A stretch of DNA of 64,000 nucleotides. Source: a virus. Lineage: Duplodnaviria; Caudoviricetes. The position numbers and the translations under genes are program-made. The stretch is taken from positions 128,001 to 192,000 of the IMG/VR virus record IMGVR_UViG_3300020469_000008; one strand, given 5' to 3'. The notes under the pieces were generated by a model, which saw only the letters and a program-made list of their open reading frames with translations, was not told where the DNA came from and searched no databases. Of the stretch, positions 27,953-36,276 are shown piece after piece. How positions within the stretch are numbered: position 1 is the first letter of the stretch; each line of letters starts with the position of its first letter.

Positions 27953-28414
27953 GTGAAACTAACAAGAAGACAACTGATCGATCTAATAAACGAAGCAATA
28001 GATCCTGTTAGAGTAAAGACAGTAAAACCTGAGGATTATAATCCTCCCCAAGCTTTCAGCTCTGTCAGTTTAGGAAAGCCAAGGGAGCTTGAGACACCAG
28101 CCAAACGCGTTGGAAACTTTTTTGCCACGCGACTGCCTTACAAACCCCCGCGAGGTTATTCATCATTAAATAAAAGAAAATATTTTTACATGGTTCTTCC
28201 TGACGGTGAGGCTATTAATATTGATCATAGAGATATTAGGATTAACAATCAAAAATTAGTAAATGCATATTTAACGTTATTAAATCAGAAAGTTACACCT
28301 TTACCGATAGAAGATATACATCAACCCACAATTGAAGACGAACAAAATATTCAAAAAATGCGTTCCCAAATTGAGTTGGTTGTTAATGAATTTAAGGCGA
28401 CACATGATATTTAG
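27953..28414 (+). CDS. Leader-motif protein
   Basis: GTG start 27953 after GAGG: (M)KLTRRQLIDLINE. Confidence 0.75.
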   Translation: MKLTRRQLIDLINEAIDPVRVKTVKPEDYNPPQAFSSVSLGKPRELETPAKRVGNFFATRLPYKPPRGYSSLNKRKYFYMVLPDGEAINIDHRDIRINNQKLVNAYLTLLNQKVTPLPIEDIHQPTIEDEQNIQKMRSQIELVVNEFKATHDI

Positions 28415-28471
28415 ATGTTTGTATGAGTAGAGTAACAGTAATGATACGTGTAATAGAGGAAAAAGATACTT

Positions 28472-29128
28472 ATGAAATTAACAAGAAATAAATTAAGAAG
28501 ACTTTTAAAAGAAACAGTGAATGATGCATTTGTAGTTTCAGAAATACAATCTTTTGTAGACAACAACCAATATCTAAAAGGCACCGTAGTAAACGAGCAA
28601 GACTTAATCCATGACACTCGTTATGTTTTATTTGCACCAGAAAGTTCTTTAGGACATATCAAGGACAGACACATGAATGTTGACGCCCCTGGATCAACAA
28701 TGTATCCAGAAGTAGATTTAAGACAAACGATATCAGCAGTCCTCCAAACTCCTGAAACATCATCGCCTGAAGATTTTATGGTAAAGTGGGAAGGAATAGT
28801 TTCACCGGTAGGACCAATTGGCGACATGGGTGTTGCAGCAGCACCAATAGAAACTGTAATGATGATGCAAGATTATCAAATGCCTGGTGGTAGAAATGAA
28901 ATGGTTAAAGTGGCTCAAGGTCAAAGAATGTCGACAGACGAAATTACACTAGTCACTGCAAAATTAGGTCAGTTAACTGACGGAAGGTTGGTTATAAGTT
29001 TAGTAACAATGTATCCTGGCGGTTCAACTGTTGACAGTATACCGATACCTTTTGATAGAAACCAGTTTGCAGCATCAGGATTATATTTTCCTTTACCTGC
29101 GACTAGTCCAATATTAGCAGCTATTTAA
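28472..29128 (+). CDS. Leader-motif protein
   Basis: MKLTRNKLRRLLKE. Confidence 0.75.
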   Translation: MKLTRNKLRRLLKETVNDAFVVSEIQSFVDNNQYLKGTVVNEQDLIHDTRYVLFAPESSLGHIKDRHMNVDAPGSTMYPEVDLRQTISAVLQTPETSSPEDFMVKWEGIVSPVGPIGDMGVAAAPIETVMMMQDYQMPGGRNEMVKVAQGQRMSTDEITLVTAKLGQLTDGRLVISLVTMYPGGSTVDSIPIPFDRNQFAASGLYFPLPATSPILAAI

Positions 29129-29139
29129 GGAAATTACAT

Positions 29140-29643
29140 ATGAAAATAACTAGAAGACAGTTGAGAAAGTTAATCCAAGAATCATTGTTACGTGAAGGCG
29201 ACGTTAAAAAAATGAAGTCAACATACGTTCACAATGATGATGCAGAAGCTATAGCTAAAAGTCTGCTTGATACAGACAAGAAAAAACCAACATTTAAGTT
29301 GCACTTAGATAAACACACAGCATACAACGCGTATATCAAACCAACCGGTCAAATATCTGGTAAGTATCATTTTGAACTAATCGATCCAAAGTCTGGTATA
29401 AAATTGGACGGTGGGGGTCACATTGAGTTTCCTGGTTTGAGTGACAAAGAAGGCACTCACCTTGGTGGTGAAATTGAATTAGCAAAACATTTAAAACAAA
29501 GTAATGTCGACGTCTTTTTAAAAGGAGACGCTAGTACACATTTAGGTTTGGATCACGGTAATGTTCACATTTCTGCACCTGACACAGCAATTACATTTGG
29601 TGTTAAGGGAAAAATTGGTAAATCTAAAAAGAAGCATGTATAA
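29140..29643 (+). CDS. Leader-motif protein
   Basis: MKITRRQLRKLIQE. Confidence 0.75.
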   Translation: MKITRRQLRKLIQESLLREGDVKKMKSTYVHNDDAEAIAKSLLDTDKKKPTFKLHLDKHTAYNAYIKPTGQISGKYHFELIDPKSGIKLDGGGHIEFPGLSDKEGTHLGGEIELAKHLKQSNVDVFLKGDASTHLGLDHGNVHISAPDTAITFGVKGKIGKSKKKHV

Positions 29644-29661
29644 AAGGAAGGGACAATAAAG

Positions 29662-30642
29662 ATGAGTAGAGTAACAGTAATGATAGGTGCTATGAAGCCA
29701 ATGACAGCAGGTCACTATCGTCTTATAACAGAGGCTGTTGCGGATTCACAGTGCCCGGAAGGAGAAACTCCTGCAAACGAGACATATGTTTTAATATCGA
29801 TGCAAGATAGAATCAAGAAGAATCAATTTCCAGTACGTGGCGAAACGGCGTTGTCTGCACTTCGTGATATCTATATGGATCCTGCTTCTGGTTTGTTTGA
29901 GTTTGGTGCTGACAAGTATATTAAAATGATATTTTGTCATTCAAAAAGCTTTGCAGAGAAGAATCCAGATAGATTAATAGAAATGCGAGAAATTGTAGAA
30001 GGAATTAAAGAAGCATTGTCAGCGCGAGGCTTAGCAAATATAACAGCTGAAGTTGAACAGGTAAGGAGCGGACCGCCTGACGTGTTGATGGGTCTAGCTG
30101 AGTCCCGTCCAAATGATAAATTTATTTTGTATACCGGTGATGATGACCTTAAAAAATATCAATATTTTAAACGTTACACGCAAAACGTAGGATTTGCTGG
30201 GTTTGAAAGATTTGAGGGCGGTATGTCTGGGACTGAGGTGCGCTCATTATTCCAAACTGATTCAGACGTTGCTGATTTTGATGCAGAAAGATTTGCTTCT
30301 GCATTCCCACAAGGTGTCGATCCTTCGCTCGTCCGACAGAAATATAGAGCAGATGCTGGTCAAGATCCGTTAAAAGAAGTTAAACGCGCAGACAAAGGCA
30401 CGCCAGAATATTCAACTTATCTTGAAAAAATGATGGACGAGTTAAAATACATTAAATCAGGCTATGATTCTAGAAAAAAAGCAAGTGCAAGATATAGAAA
30501 AGAAGCTAGCAAAATACAAGACGCATATTCTGAATTAAGAAAACTTAAAAGAAAAAACGATAAGCTATTACATTCAGATGAAAAAGAATCGTTTGATAGG
30601 AAAGCATTAAAAGAGTGGTTTAAGAAAACATACAAAAAATAG
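29662..30642 (+). CDS. HxGH-type nucleotidyltransferase-like protein
   Basis: VMIGAMKPMTAGHY degenerate HIGH motif; MSGTEVR resembles the KMSKS-equivalent. Confidence 0.55.
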   Translation: MSRVTVMIGAMKPMTAGHYRLITEAVADSQCPEGETPANETYVLISMQDRIKKNQFPVRGETALSALRDIYMDPASGLFEFGADKYIKMIFCHSKSFAEKNPDRLIEMREIVEGIKEALSARGLANITAEVEQVRSGPPDVLMGLAESRPNDKFILYTGDDDLKKYQYFKRYTQNVGFAGFERFEGGMSGTEVRSLFQTDSDVADFDAERFASAFPQGVDPSLVRQKYRADAGQDPLKEVKRADKGTPEYSTYLEKMMDELKYIKSGYDSRKKASARYRKEASKIQDAYSELRKLKRKNDKLLHSDEKESFDRKALKEWFKKTYKK

Positions 30643-30651
30643 GAGACTGCC

Positions 30652-31143
30652 TTGTCACTAGAACTAGACACCAAAGCATATTGGAAAGATTGTGACGGCA
30701 ATGATTACGATGATGAGTTTATTAAGAAAGAAATTGAAGGATATGTGGCCCAAGGTGGTAGAGTATACGTGGGTACTGACAGTATGCTTCTTGCTCATAA
30801 GTGCAATTTTGCTTCTGTGATTGCATTTCACTCCCGTGATCTAAATATCGCAAGGTACTATTACAAGCGTTTTAAAACCGGATCTGTCGAGTATAAGGAG
30901 TTACAAGTAAAGATTTTAGAAGAGGTGGCACTTGCAATACAAACAGCACAATTTGTTCTCAAACTTTGCCCGGATGCTGATGTAGAATTACATATAGATA
31001 TAGGTACAAAGAAACGCAACGCCACTGCACGTTTTTTTAAAACAATCCAAGGTTGGGTAATAGGCACCGGATTTGATTTAAAAGTCAAACCAAATAGTTG
31101 GGCTTCGTCGCTAGCTGATGGTCACACAAAGGGGAAAAAATGA
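30652..31143 (+). CDS. RNase H-like protein (YkuK/DUF458 type)
   Basis: VYVGTDS, LEEVALAI, ELHIDI, KPNSWASSLAD. Confidence 0.75.
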   Translation: MSLELDTKAYWKDCDGNDYDDEFIKKEIEGYVAQGGRVYVGTDSMLLAHKCNFASVIAFHSRDLNIARYYYKRFKTGSVEYKELQVKILEEVALAIQTAQFVLKLCPDADVELHIDIGTKKRNATARFFKTIQGWVIGTGFDLKVKPNSWASSLADGHTKGKK

Positions 31144-31562
31144 GTATTATACTTAAAAAGAAAAAAGGATTATTAACACCAAAGTCACATCCACCAAGCC
31201 CAAGCCAGATACTCGGTAGTTTAGGGATAGGTTCTGTACTAGGTGCATCAATAAACAAAGAATTAGCAATAGACACAATTATAGAAGAACACATTGAAAA
31301 GTTGATAATGGAAAAAATGCTTTTTCATTCAACGCGGCTTTTGCGCGGTCTAGATTATTTTCCTACCTACTGTTTAGTCGACGGAGAAAAGAGTGTCAAA
31401 ACTTTATTTATAAAGAAGCGTGCTTGGATGAATTTCGTCACAATCGATCGCAAAGAAATGATCGTATCAGGAGCATCACCTGAGGAATTTATTAAATTTC
31501 TAAAGAAGAAGCGTTGCAGAAAAGTTAAAATAGATAGGACGCAACTTGAAAAAAACATATAG
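31140..31562 (+). CDS. Hypothetical protein
   Basis: 140 aa, ATGA-coupled. Confidence 0.55.
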   Translation: MSIILKKKKGLLTPKSHPPSPSQILGSLGIGSVLGASINKELAIDTIIEEHIEKLIMEKMLFHSTRLLRGLDYFPTYCLVDGEKSVKTLFIKKRAWMNFVTIDRKEMIVSGASPEEFIKFLKKKRCRKVKIDRTQLEKNI

Positions 31563-31574
31563 ATTGTGTATAAT
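31546..31574 (+). promoter_or_regulatory. Sigma70-like promoter of the helicase gene
   Basis: TTGAAA, 17 bp, TATAAT, then AAGGAG. Confidence 0.65.
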
Positions 31575-31595
31575 ATAAACTCCAAGGAGTAGTTT

Positions 31596-33221
31596 ATGTT
31601 AGATTATAATACGTTTTTCCCATACGCAAAACCACGTAAAGAACAACGCAATGCAATTGAGTTTGCAATAGATGCAATTGAAAAAAGCGAAAAGCGCTTT
31701 GTTATTATCGAAGCCGGAACCGGTGTAGGTAAGTCAGCTATAGGTTTAACCTTAAGTCGTTATTTAGAACAGTCTGTACCGAACAAGGAGGGATTCGCAC
31801 AAGGCGGTTACTTTTTGACCACACAAAAGATACTCCAGGCTCAGTATGAGAATGACTTTGGCATGCCACGTGGTGAGATGAAGTCTGTATACTCAGCGTC
31901 TAATTACAGATGCAAGTTCCACAAAGCTAACGATTGTCGAACTTCACAGCAAATGTTAAGAACAGCTGATAGAAAATCTGCATTCTTTAGAGCCTGCGCC
32001 GGTGGTTGTCGTTATAAGATGGCAAAAAAGAATTTTTTAGAATCACCTGAATCAGTCACTAATTTTCCTTACTTTTTAACTGAGGCAACTTACAGTGGGG
32101 GTATTACACCGAGAAAAATCTTAGTAATCGATGAAGCACACAACACAGAAGCAGTGCTAAGTAATTTTGTTGAAGTAAGCATTAGCCAATACTTTTGTGA
32201 AAAGATTGTTAAGTGTAAGTGGCCTGACAAGATAACACCTATTAATTTTGTGAAGTGGATTGATAATGTTTATTATCCAAAGCTCCAATCTCAAATTATG
32301 CACTTTGAAAAACAGATTGAGGACTTAGGACTAAAGGACAGGATCAAAGAATTATCATCAATTGCATTGAAATATGACATGATGACAGGACATTCAGGTA
32401 AACTAGAAAAGTTTCTTAAAGACTACGATAAAGATAACTGGGTTATGGAGAAAGAAGAAACTGAAAAACGAGGTTATGTAAAAGTAAATTATCGTGCCAT
32501 TGATGTTTCAGACTATGCAGAAGAATACTTGTTTCGCTTAGGGCAAAAAGTAATTTTAATGTCTGCAACAATTTTAAATGCAGATGCTTTTGCAGAATCT
32601 CTAGGAATACCAAAAGATCAATATGAATCGATTAGTATTCCATCGCCTTTCCCAGTAGAGAATAGACCTATCATAAACGCGTCAGTCGGTAGTATGAGTG
32701 CGAGAACAATAGACGCAACACTACCCCAATTAAAGAAAGCAGTCAAAGCAATTATGCAAGAGCATAGTAATGAGAAGGGTATCGTCCACTGTCACACCTA
32801 TCGCATAGCAAACTACTTAAAAAATAACATACGTGGTAAACTCGGAAAGCGAATCTTAATTCATAATAGTAAGAATAGAGATGCAATTTTAAAACAGCAC
32901 ATGTCATCAAAAGAACCAACAGTGTTGTTATCGCCGTCAATGACAGAGGGCGTTGATCTTAAGGGTGACTTAAGTAGATTCCAAGTTATATGTAAAGTCC
33001 CTTATCCGTGGTTAGGTGACCCTATTGTTAGAAAACGTATGAATAAATTCCCTAATTGGTACTCACTCAAAACAGCGATGACAGTTGTCCAAGCTGTTGG
33101 GAGAAGTGTAAGAAACTCAGAAGATACAGCAATTACTTATATTTTAGATTCTGATTGGAGTAGATTTTATAAAAAGAACAATAAACTATTTTGTGAAGAT
33201 TTTAAAAGGTTGATTGTCTAG
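31596..33221 (+). CDS. DinG/XPD-family SF2 helicase
   Basis: Q-motif PRKEQ, EAGTGVGKS, Cys cluster, VIDEAH, MSAT, EGVDL, QAVGRSVR. Confidence 0.92.
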   Translation: MLDYNTFFPYAKPRKEQRNAIEFAIDAIEKSEKRFVIIEAGTGVGKSAIGLTLSRYLEQSVPNKEGFAQGGYFLTTQKILQAQYENDFGMPRGEMKSVYSASNYRCKFHKANDCRTSQQMLRTADRKSAFFRACAGGCRYKMAKKNFLESPESVTNFPYFLTEATYSGGITPRKILVIDEAHNTEAVLSNFVEVSISQYFCEKIVKCKWPDKITPINFVKWIDNVYYPKLQSQIMHFEKQIEDLGLKDRIKELSSIALKYDMMTGHSGKLEKFLKDYDKDNWVMEKEETEKRGYVKVNYRAIDVSDYAEEYLFRLGQKVILMSATILNADAFAESLGIPKDQYESISIPSPFPVENRPIINASVGSMSARTIDATLPQLKKAVKAIMQEHSNEKGIVHCHTYRIANYLKNNIRGKLGKRILIHNSKNRDAILKQHMSSKEPTVLLSPSMTEGVDLKGDLSRFQVICKVPYPWLGDPIVRKRMNKFPNWYSLKTAMTVVQAVGRSVRNSEDTAITYILDSDWSRFYKKNNKLFCEDFKRLIV

Positions 33222-33244
33222 ATATTATTATACAGAGGTGATTA

Positions 33245-33454
33245 ATGTCAAATTTTTTAAGAGAAGGTGATAAGGTTTATGTTACTCATAACATGGGAGT
33301 AAAAGGCTTTGTCACAGAAGTATTTTATCGTTCAATAACAGCAAACATCGGCCCAGGAACGCTTTCAAAACAAATGTGGGTGAAATTTAGAAAACACGAT
33401 ACGGGTGAAATTTTAACTGCAAAACGTCAGGATTTAACAAAAGATATAACATGA
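33245..33454 (+). CDS. SH3-like small protein
   Basis: LREGDKVYV...KGFV; GAGGTG RBS. Confidence 0.6.
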   Translation: MSNFLREGDKVYVTHNMGVKGFVTEVFYRSITANIGPGTLSKQMWVKFRKHDTGEILTAKRQDLTKDIT

Positions 33455-33648
33455 ACTGGTTTTTACTACCAAACTGGGTAATATATCTGTCGGTCGCTTT
33501 GAATCTTTTACTACTCTATGTCTGCACATTGTATGGAGACGTACAAGGTATAATTTTATGTGTATCTTGCATCTTTTGCTTTATAATTACATATAGGATA
33601 AATGAACGGGTGCGCAGTGAAGAAAAAGACAAAAAGCAAGGCGATTAA
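33451..33648 (+). CDS. Small two-TM membrane protein
   Basis: Two hydrophobic segments and a charged tail. Confidence 0.55.
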   Translation: MNWFLLPNWVIYLSVALNLLLLYVCTLYGDVQGIILCVSCIFCFIITYRINERVRSEEKDKKQGD

Positions 33649-34465
33649 AGACTTATACCTTGATAGACCAACATCGCATGGTGGGTGGCCAGGTGGTCAC
33701 AGTGGTTCATATCGAGATCCGAATACACCTGTCTATAAGCAGATAGCACAGTATTTGAAAGACATGGGTTTGGCAGACGATGATAATCCGCGCGCAAGAT
33801 TATCTGAATCGCCAGATCAGTTTAATATGTATCAACCTTTAAGCTTGCAAGAACCGCTTAACAAGGCGATTAAAGCAATTATAGATATTATTAAGAACAC
33901 TAATTCAGCGGAAGATTTGCATGCGCAAGCATATCAAATGATGATGTTGCTGTCTCAAGTAATTTTAATAGAAGCACCAATATCAGAAAAACAATCCTTT
34001 TACTTGGCTGCAGCAATACTTAGATACCACAACAAAATGGTGGACTACAAGGAATTACTTAAAAAACAATTTGAAGACAACAGACATAAAACAGGAAATT
34101 GGTCTGGTACATTTTTTGACTCACCTGATATGGATAAATGGCGTGATATCGATGCAAAACAAGTAGAGTTTCATCGAGAAGTCGAAAGTATGATAGGTAC
34201 TAAGATAGAACATCAAGGAACACCAGACATAGATCATTATGTCGTTTATCCATATGATATCGATGATTTAAGAAGTAAATTTGTTTCTGCAGGTTTAGCA
34301 AACTCAAATGATGGTACTTTTGTTGGTAGGTATGGTAATCCACCAAGTGATCTAGATAAATCTGATTTATATAGTAAAGCTTTTTATCATGGTGAAAATA
34401 GATATTTTGTGAACGAAAACTTAATAAGAAATATAATACGAGAATCAATAAAGAGGTACTTGTGA
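33602..34465 (+). CDS. Hypothetical protein with C-terminal leader-like helix (start uncertain)
   Basis: Ends VNENLIRNIIRESIKRYL. Confidence 0.6.
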   Translation: MNGCAVKKKTKSKAIKDLYLDRPTSHGGWPGGHSGSYRDPNTPVYKQIAQYLKDMGLADDDNPRARLSESPDQFNMYQPLSLQEPLNKAIKAIIDIIKNTNSAEDLHAQAYQMMMLLSQVILIEAPISEKQSFYLAAAILRYHNKMVDYKELLKKQFEDNRHKTGNWSGTFFDSPDMDKWRDIDAKQVEFHREVESMIGTKIEHQGTPDIDHYVVYPYDIDDLRSKFVSAGLANSNDGTFVGRYGNPPSDLDKSDLYSKAFYHGENRYFVNENLIRNIIRESIKRYL

Positions 34466-34692
34466 GTAATATTGTTGAAAGATTAGAAAGACTACGTTCG
34501 TTACGCGAAAACCTATGCGAAAAGAGTCAGACTTGGAGTGAAGCTTTCGAAACTCGTGATTGGATCATAGAAAAAATTAGAGACGTAATTCAGCAAGGTA
34601 AAAATGACAAAGTCACTAAAGAAGATATAATTAATAAGTTAGAGGATTTTATTTGCGTAATAGAACCGCAATCGGATGAGGAAGAACAATGA
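34462..34692 (+). CDS. Hypothetical protein
   Basis: GTGA-coupled, 76 aa. Confidence 0.55.
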   Translation: MSNIVERLERLRSLRENLCEKSQTWSEAFETRDWIIEKIRDVIQQGKNDKVTKEDIINKLEDFICVIEPQSDEEEQ

Positions 34693-35939
34693 ATAGAGAC
34701 GAGATAATTTTAAGAAAAGCAATGGTGGTTTGTGAGCATTCCCAAGTCCACACGTTAAAATCAAAACAATTATTACTTGCGTATAGTGATACTTCTGTCA
34801 TTCAAGAAGGCGTATTCATTGAAACAGGACGCGTTATAATTGATGATTTAATTAAAAATATATTATCAACTGGAGCAGTTGCAGCAACTGGGGCACTGGG
34901 AGGAGATACTATAGTAGATGTAATGTATGCTATTGAAAGAACTTCACAAGTAATCACAGCATACAATGCAATTAAATCTGCGGGTGGAATTTTATCTAAT
35001 CTCTTAGACGACATTGACAATATTCCTCTTACTAGTGACATCAGTACTATACGTGCAGAAACAGAAAAATCGATAGCATTGATTGCACAACAATATGACA
35101 GAGTTGCTGGCACTGATAAAGCATCGAAAGGGTTGGAAGATCTCGAAGAATTAACTGAAGAAGTTAAAGAAGAGTTTATGGAATTTTTCAGATCAATTGC
35201 AAAGTCTATATCTACTTGGATAAGTACTTTAATTCCTGACGATGGTGGTAATATAGGCACTTTTATCAACATTACTTTGGTGAGTATTGTAGAGAAAGGA
35301 TTAGAAAACCCGTTAGGCGTTTTTATGAATTCTGTTAGTCAGTTACCAGATGATTATGAAAGGCTGGTTTTTGATGAGGCTGCTTTGCGTGATTTTCTTG
35401 TTGGCTTATGTAATACAATAGCCGATGCAGTTGAGGAACACGGGGGCGGATTAGCAGGTAAAGCCGCAAAAGGCATCGCATCCGGAGCACAGTCTTATTA
35501 TGACTTTTTAGGTGACTACACACCGCTTGGATTCGTTTATAGCGGTGCAGGATACGTTGGTAAAAAAGCCGGCGAAATGATTGGTGGCGAAGACTCATCT
35601 GCTGCAAAATACGGTGAAGCAATGTTTGACCCAAGAAAATCAGTAGAAGTAGGAAGAGAAAAACTAGATGCATTAATTGATGAATTTCCATCTTACATAC
35701 GTAATGAATTAATCCCGCAAATACCTGAAGCAGTAGAAACTTATGGTAAGTTTATGAAGTATATTTTGTCTTTCTTAAGTTTGTTAGAATCTACGGCAAC
35801 CGGAGAAATTTCTCAAATCGCGAGTTCTGAAAACTACAATCAATACTTACCAGCAGAAGATGACTTTGAAATGCAGCAGCAAATGGTTGCAGAGATTAGA
35901 AGATCTCTGATGATGCATCAACGTAGGTTGATCGGTTAA
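34689..35939 (+). CDS. Helical hypothetical protein
   Basis: 416 aa, ATGA-coupled. Confidence 0.7.
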   Translation: MNRDEIILRKAMVVCEHSQVHTLKSKQLLLAYSDTSVIQEGVFIETGRVIIDDLIKNILSTGAVAATGALGGDTIVDVMYAIERTSQVITAYNAIKSAGGILSNLLDDIDNIPLTSDISTIRAETEKSIALIAQQYDRVAGTDKASKGLEDLEELTEEVKEEFMEFFRSIAKSISTWISTLIPDDGGNIGTFINITLVSIVEKGLENPLGVFMNSVSQLPDDYERLVFDEAALRDFLVGLCNTIADAVEEHGGGLAGKAAKGIASGAQSYYDFLGDYTPLGFVYSGAGYVGKKAGEMIGGEDSSAAKYGEAMFDPRKSVEVGREKLDALIDEFPSYIRNELIPQIPEAVETYGKFMKYILSFLSLLESTATGEISQIASSENYNQYLPAEDDFEMQQQMVAEIRRSLMMHQRRLIG

Positions 35940-35952
35940 GCAGGATATTATC

Positions 35953-36276
35953 ATGACAGGTAATGAAAATGGTTGGACTGAGTACTCTCGTTTAGTGCTG
36001 AAGGAGTTAGAAACACTTGCTGTTGGTATCAAGGAGTTAAACGAAAGTTTACAAGATGTCAAACGCGAGATTACCGAAATGAAAGCGAAGGAAGATAAGG
36101 TCCAAACACTAGTTGAATGGAAAGGCAGAGTTGATGAGGTAACATCACCCACTCAGTTAAAAGAGTTACGAGACGAAGTTGAAGATTTAAAATTGTTTCG
36201 CACGAAAGCAGTTACTATCTTTGCTGTTATACAATTTGCCATGGCCGCGATAGTGTTTGCACAGAGGTTTATTTAA
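35953..36276 (+). CDS. Coiled-coil protein with C-terminal TM (holin/XhlA-like architecture)
   Basis: Heptad repeat followed by AVTIFAVIQFAMAAIVF. Confidence 0.5.
   Translation: MTGNENGWTEYSRLVLKELETLAVGIKELNESLQDVKREITEMKAKEDKVQTLVEWKGRVDEVTSPTQLKELRDEVEDLKLFRTKAVTIFAVIQFAMAAIVFAQRFI

Noticed and set aside
27286-28472. ATATTTA and ATACTTA directly overlapping the ATGs at 27292 and 28472 as late promoters
   Set aside because: Too close to the start codon to promote those genes; excluded from the motif list
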